Shown piece after piece: positions 46,458 to 50,142 of a stretch of 50,142 nt of DNA (position 1 is the first letter of the stretch; each line of letters starts with the position of its first letter). A model generated the notes under the pieces. That model ran no database searches, was not told the DNA's origin, and was given only the letters and a program-made list of their open reading frames with translations. A program made the translations under genes and the position numbers. The DNA comes from Candidatus Omnitrophota bacterium (lineage in GTDB: Bacteria; Omnitrophota; Gorgyraeia; Tantalellales; Tantalellaceae), in the NCBI GenBank assembly GCA_018813285.1, contig JAHJBY010000043.1, positions 1 through 50,142 of the forward strand, in the 5' to 3' direction.

Positions 46458-47513
46458 ATGACAGTCGAGACGATACGGTGGAAGAATAACAGAGTAGAAC
46501 TGATAGACCAGAGATTGCTTCCGGCAAAGTTGAAATACGCGATCTGCGTGACAGATAAGGATATGTGGACGGCCATCAGAACTCTCAAGGTGCGGGGGGC
46601 TCCAGCCATCGGGGTTGCCGGTGCCTACGGGGTTTACCTTGGGGTAAGAGAGAGTAAGGCGAAAGTCTACAAGGCGTTCAGGCGGGAAGTTGACAGAATA
46701 ATCGAGTATCTTGCCCGATCAAGGCCGACCGCGCGTAATCTTTTCTGGGCACTTGAACGCGTTTTGGACGTTGTCGAGAAAAACAAAGATAAAAAAATAT
46801 CGGTGATAAAAAAGATCATTCTGCGGGAAGCGCACACAATCCTTAAAGAGGACAAGAAGACATGCCGCGCTATCGGCAGATACGGTTCGGTGCTTATTCC
46901 CAGGGGTTCAACAGTATTGACACACTGTAATGCCGGCGGCCTGGCAACGGTGGATTATGGGACCGCATTAGGCGTTATTTTTACCGCGAGAAAGAAGATA
47001 AAAAGGGTTTATGTGGATGAGACCAGGCCTGTTTTGCAGGGAGCCAGACTTACCGCGTGGGAGCTGAAGAAACAGGGCATTCCTGCGACACTTGTGTGCG
47101 ATAATATGGCGGCGTCCTTGATGGCAGACGGGGAAGTGGACACGATTATCGTGGGGGCTGATCGCATTGCCGCTAACGGTGACACGGCTAACAAGATCGG
47201 GACTTACGGTCTCGCGATTCTGGCTTCCTATCACAATATACCGTTCTATGTGGCGGCGCCTGTCTCGACTTTTGACCTATCTATTTCAAATGGCAGAGAG
47301 ATCCCCATTGAGGAAAGGGATTCTCTGGAAGTTAAGAAGATAGGAAAGGAGTATATTACTCTGAAAGACATGGATGTTAGAAATCCCGCTTTTGATGTAA
47401 CACCGGCCAAGCTGATTACGGCGATCATAACGGAACGCGGCCTGATCAAATCGCCGTGTCGAAAGCGGATAAGGGATGTAGTGAATAGGCAAGACGCACG
47501 AGGCAAGAAGTGA
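46458..47513 (+). CDS. mtnA: S-methyl-5-thioribose-1-phosphate isomerase
   Basis: IDQRLLP, VRGAPAIG, RPTA.NL, LTHCNAG.LAT, ETRPVLQGARLT, GADRIAANGDTANKIGTY, NPAFDVTP. Confidence 0.95.
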   Translation: MTVETIRWKNNRVELIDQRLLPAKLKYAICVTDKDMWTAIRTLKVRGAPAIGVAGAYGVYLGVRESKAKVYKAFRREVDRIIEYLARSRPTARNLFWALERVLDVVEKNKDKKISVIKKIILREAHTILKEDKKTCRAIGRYGSVLIPRGSTVLTHCNAGGLATVDYGTALGVIFTARKKIKRVYVDETRPVLQGARLTAWELKKQGIPATLVCDNMAASLMADGEVDTIIVGADRIAANGDTANKIGTYGLAILASYHNIPFYVAAPVSTFDLSISNGREIPIEERDSLEVKKIGKEYITLKDMDVRNPAFDVTPAKLITAIITERGLIKSPCRKRIRDVVNRQDARGKK

Positions 47514-47567
47514 AGAGTGACGGGTGATGAGTAACGCGAAACGAGTCAATACTATAAACATCAAATA

Positions 47568-48467
47568 ATGAAAGAACTTAAGATCGCAGAAGAGATCAGG
47601 AAGACCGCCGGGAATCCGGGCAAAGGTGTGCATGTGGGCATAGGCGACGATTGTGCCGTGCTTACGTATGATAGGCGCAAATATCTCTTATGGGCGGCGG
47701 ACATGCTTATCGAGGATGTTCACTTTAATGTCAAAAGCGCAGGTTATGAGAGGATCGGGCGTAAGGCCGTCGCGGTTAATATCAGTGATGTTGCCGCGAT
47801 GGGCGGTGTCCCGAAATATATTACGGTTAGCATAGGCATACCGCCTGCCAGACGGGTCGCGAGTATCGTAAAGACTGTTTACAAAGGGATAAACAAGGTT
47901 TGTCGCGAGTATGGTGTAAAAATAGTGGGAGGAGACACCAATCGATCGGAAAAATTAGTGATAGATGTGTCTATAATTGGTTTTGTCACAAAAAAACAGC
48001 TTGTAACCCGCGCCGGCGCGAAAGAAGGAGACTTGGTTCTTATCACCGGACCGGTGAGAGACGGCAAAAAAGCGCATTTGGATTTTGATCCGAGAGTAAA
48101 AGAATCCGGATCGCTTGTTCGAGATTATAGAATACATTCGATGATAGATGTTTCGGACGGCATTGCCCCGGATCTTGGAAGGATATGTGACCGGAGCGGT
48201 GTGGGTGCCGTGGTGTCGGCAGATTCCGTTCCTCTTTCAAGAGGGTTGAGCCTTAAGGACGCCCTTTATTACGGGGAAAGTTTTGAGCTTCTATTTACGA
48301 TGTCTACCTCAGGCGCGAAAAGACTGCTAAAGGACAATGCTTTCCGCCGCGAAGGTTGTAAGTATTTTGTTATCGGGGAAGTAACACAAAAAAAAGACGG
48401 TCTGCGGCTTATGGACGAAAAAGGCGTGGAGACCGCGTTGAAAATGCGGGGATTCGAGCACCTGTGA
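47568..48467 (+). CDS. thiL: Thiamine-phosphate kinase
   Basis: GIGDDCA, D.LIEDVHF, NISDVAAMGG.P, GGDT, MIDVSDG. Confidence 0.92.
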   Translation: MKELKIAEEIRKTAGNPGKGVHVGIGDDCAVLTYDRRKYLLWAADMLIEDVHFNVKSAGYERIGRKAVAVNISDVAAMGGVPKYITVSIGIPPARRVASIVKTVYKGINKVCREYGVKIVGGDTNRSEKLVIDVSIIGFVTKKQLVTRAGAKEGDLVLITGPVRDGKKAHLDFDPRVKESGSLVRDYRIHSMIDVSDGIAPDLGRICDRSGVGAVVSADSVPLSRGLSLKDALYYGESFELLFTMSTSGAKRLLKDNAFRREGCKYFVIGEVTQKKDGLRLMDEKGVETALKMRGFEHL

Positions 48468-48473
48468 AGTGGA

Positions 48474-48938
48474 ATGATCATGTTTGAGGAACGAGTAACA
48501 ACATATTCGCCGGATGAAACGATAGCGCTTGGGGAGAAGGTCGCCAAAGATCTTAAGAAAGGAGATGTAATTGCCCTGGAAGGCGGACTTGGCGCGGGTA
48601 AAACCGTTTTTGTCAAGGGCTTGGCGAAAGGTCTCGGGGTTCAGGATCACTTTTATGTGAATAGTCCGACATTTGTGATAATCAAAGAGTATCAGGGAAG
48701 GCTTGACTTGTACCATTTTGATGTGTACAGGCTGAATGAAGAGCATTTCTCGGATACGCTGGATTACCGGCGTTATTTTTACGGCGCGGGAGTGACCGTG
48801 ATCGAGTGGGCGGATAAGATAAAGGGCTTACTCCCGGATGAGCATTTGGAAGTCAGGATCACCCATACAGGTGAGACGGAGAGGCAGTTTGAGTTTCGAT
48901 CTCATGGAGTAAGTGCAGATCACATGGTGGGGATTTGA
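48474..48938 (+). CDS. tsaE: tRNA t6A biosynthesis ATPase TsaE
   Basis: G.LGAGKT, SPTF, YHFDVYRL, IEWA. Confidence 0.95.
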   Translation: MIMFEERVTTYSPDETIALGEKVAKDLKKGDVIALEGGLGAGKTVFVKGLAKGLGVQDHFYVNSPTFVIIKEYQGRLDLYHFDVYRLNEEHFSDTLDYRRYFYGAGVTVIEWADKIKGLLPDEHLEVRITHTGETERQFEFRSHGVSADHMVGI

Positions 48939-48959
48939 AAAAAATGTTGCGCAGAGAAA

Positions 48960-49153
48960 CTAATAGATCAAAATTCTCCCCATCAAAGTTTTTTAACGCT
49001 ATTTTTCTATCCTTTTGAAGGGCGTTAAAGAATTCGCCCCGAGATTTCTTTCGAAATCTGAAAGCTGGGGCTCATACTTTAACGCTGTTCCCTTCAAAAG
49101 GTATAAAAATAGCTAAAACTTTGGAATGGGTCCCTTGAATTTTGATCTATTAG
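48960..49153. mobile_element. ~194-bp fold-back MITE-like element, copy 2 (between tsaE and tsaB)
   Basis: TIR (AA)CTAATAGATCAAAATTC / GAATTTTGATCTATTAG(TT); aligns along its full length to 24209-24404. Confidence 0.8.
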
Positions 49154-49303
49154 TTCCTCATGTGTCAACAGTATGGGAGCAATGGGAACAAAAGATGAGT
49201 ATTTCTGTGTAAACAATGAAAGTATCGGTAAAAAAAGCGGCGCTATAGACAAACACGATACTCAATATTCAATACGCAATACGAAAAAGATAAAGCCTTA
49301 ACA

Positions 49304-49981
49304 ATGAAAACACTGGCGTTTGATACATCAACAAAGTTTTTAAGTATAGCTCTTCTTGAAGGTGATCGGCTTATTGCCGAGTCGCATGAAGAAGCGGGGA
49401 TAAGACACAGTGAATTGCTTGTTCCCGTTATCAAAGATATGCTTGATGAGGCCGGATGGAAAGTTGATGATATTGGTTTGATAGCCGTGGGCCTGGGCCC
49501 TGGGTCTTTCACCGGACTCCGTATCGCGGCCGCGACAGCAAAAGGCATGGTGGCCGCGACCGGAAGCAAAGTGATCGGAGTTCCCTCAATGGATGCCATG
49601 GTTAGAAATTTTACCGCCGGCGGAAAGAAAAAATTGATACCGCTCATAGATGCCCGGAAAGAAAAAGTGTATGTGTGTATTTATGATTATTCGGGCCAGG
49701 AACCGGCAAGGGAGTCTGATTATATGCTTGTTTCGATAGATGATTTTCTCCTCGTCCTCCGGGATGAAGCGGTATTCTTTGGGGACGCGGTCATGAAGTA
49801 TAAAGAAAAACTAGACGCTTGCCCCCGGGCCGGCTATATTGAAGATATTGACTGGTATCCGCGCGCTTCCTGGATCGGCCGGATCGGAATGGAGAGGGCG
49901 CGGCACGGAACGGACGATCCGGATACGCTCGAGCCGTTATATCTGCACGCGAAAGAATGTAATGTCGTGAATCGTGGATAG
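49304..49981 (+). CDS. tsaB: tRNA t6A biosynthesis protein TsaB
   Basis: LAFDTS, HSELL, GPGSFTGLRI, IDARKEKVY, LEPLYL. Confidence 0.95.
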   Translation: MKTLAFDTSTKFLSIALLEGDRLIAESHEEAGIRHSELLVPVIKDMLDEAGWKVDDIGLIAVGLGPGSFTGLRIAAATAKGMVAATGSKVIGVPSMDAMVRNFTAGGKKKLIPLIDARKEKVYVCIYDYSGQEPARESDYMLVSIDDFLLVLRDEAVFFGDAVMKYKEKLDACPRAGYIEDIDWYPRASWIGRIGMERARHGTDDPDTLEPLYLHAKECNVVNRG

Positions 49982-50142
49982 TGAACCGCGAACCGCAAAG
50001 CGCAGGAAGGGGCAAGAAGTAAGAAGTAAGAGGCAAGAATAACAGACAGTGTCAAAGTGTCATCGCTCACTTCGTTCGCTGGCATCAAAGCGTAAAAAAA
50101 ATAAGGCTTATATTCGAATGCTGCTATATCCTGACACTTTGA
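49965..50142. repeat. 7-mer mosaic followed by a second copy of the octamer-arm element (truncated by the window end)
   Basis: CAGTGTCA-AAGTGTCA-TCGCTCACTTCGTTCGCT...AAATAAGGCTTATATTCG...CTGACACTTTGA matches 2105-2190. Confidence 0.85.

Noticed and set aside
25010-50088. Numerous short minus-strand ORFs opposite housekeeping genes
   Set aside because: Antisense shadows of well-supported + strand genes with no recognisable motifs.

Overview
Bacterial chromosomal window with nearly all genes on the + strand. Gene content and order suggest a diderm PVC-type organism, possibly Ca. Omnitrophota; this is an inference and cannot be verified here. 0.36-14.4 kb holds a probable beta-mannan/manno-oligosaccharide locus: a divergent sugar-1-P nucleotidyltransferase-like gene, a ManA-type isomerase, ABC permeases and binding protein, two GH113-like hydrolases, two stand-alone CBM27-like proteins, a ROK regulator, a GH130 phosphorylase and a convergent beta-barrel protein. 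14.7-17.8 kb is an ArnT-GT2-YdjC lipid-glycosylation trio. 18-22 kb carries tRNA-Leu(CAG), smpB and a tmRNA with an unusually long tag, followed by an integrase-free stack of duplicated small elements, a repeat-flanked AAA/DUF4143 gene and an IS66 remnant. 22-50 kb is housekeeping: ligA, lysS, lolE/lolD, ilvE, mcsA-mcsB-clpC, an AsmA-like gene, mlaEFD, PIN/TRAM, ispF, cysE, cysS, tmk, holB, PSP1/ricT, metG, a TatD-radical SAM fusion, mtnA, thiL, tsaE and tsaB. The most striking unexplained signal is non-coding. Many spacers are mosaics of 7-8-nt tandem repeats that often begin inside the last codons of a gene. They are interleaved with GTAG-type REP hairpins, a core element with inverted octamer arms (2 copies) and a ~195-bp fully fold-back element with compensatory base changes (2 copies).
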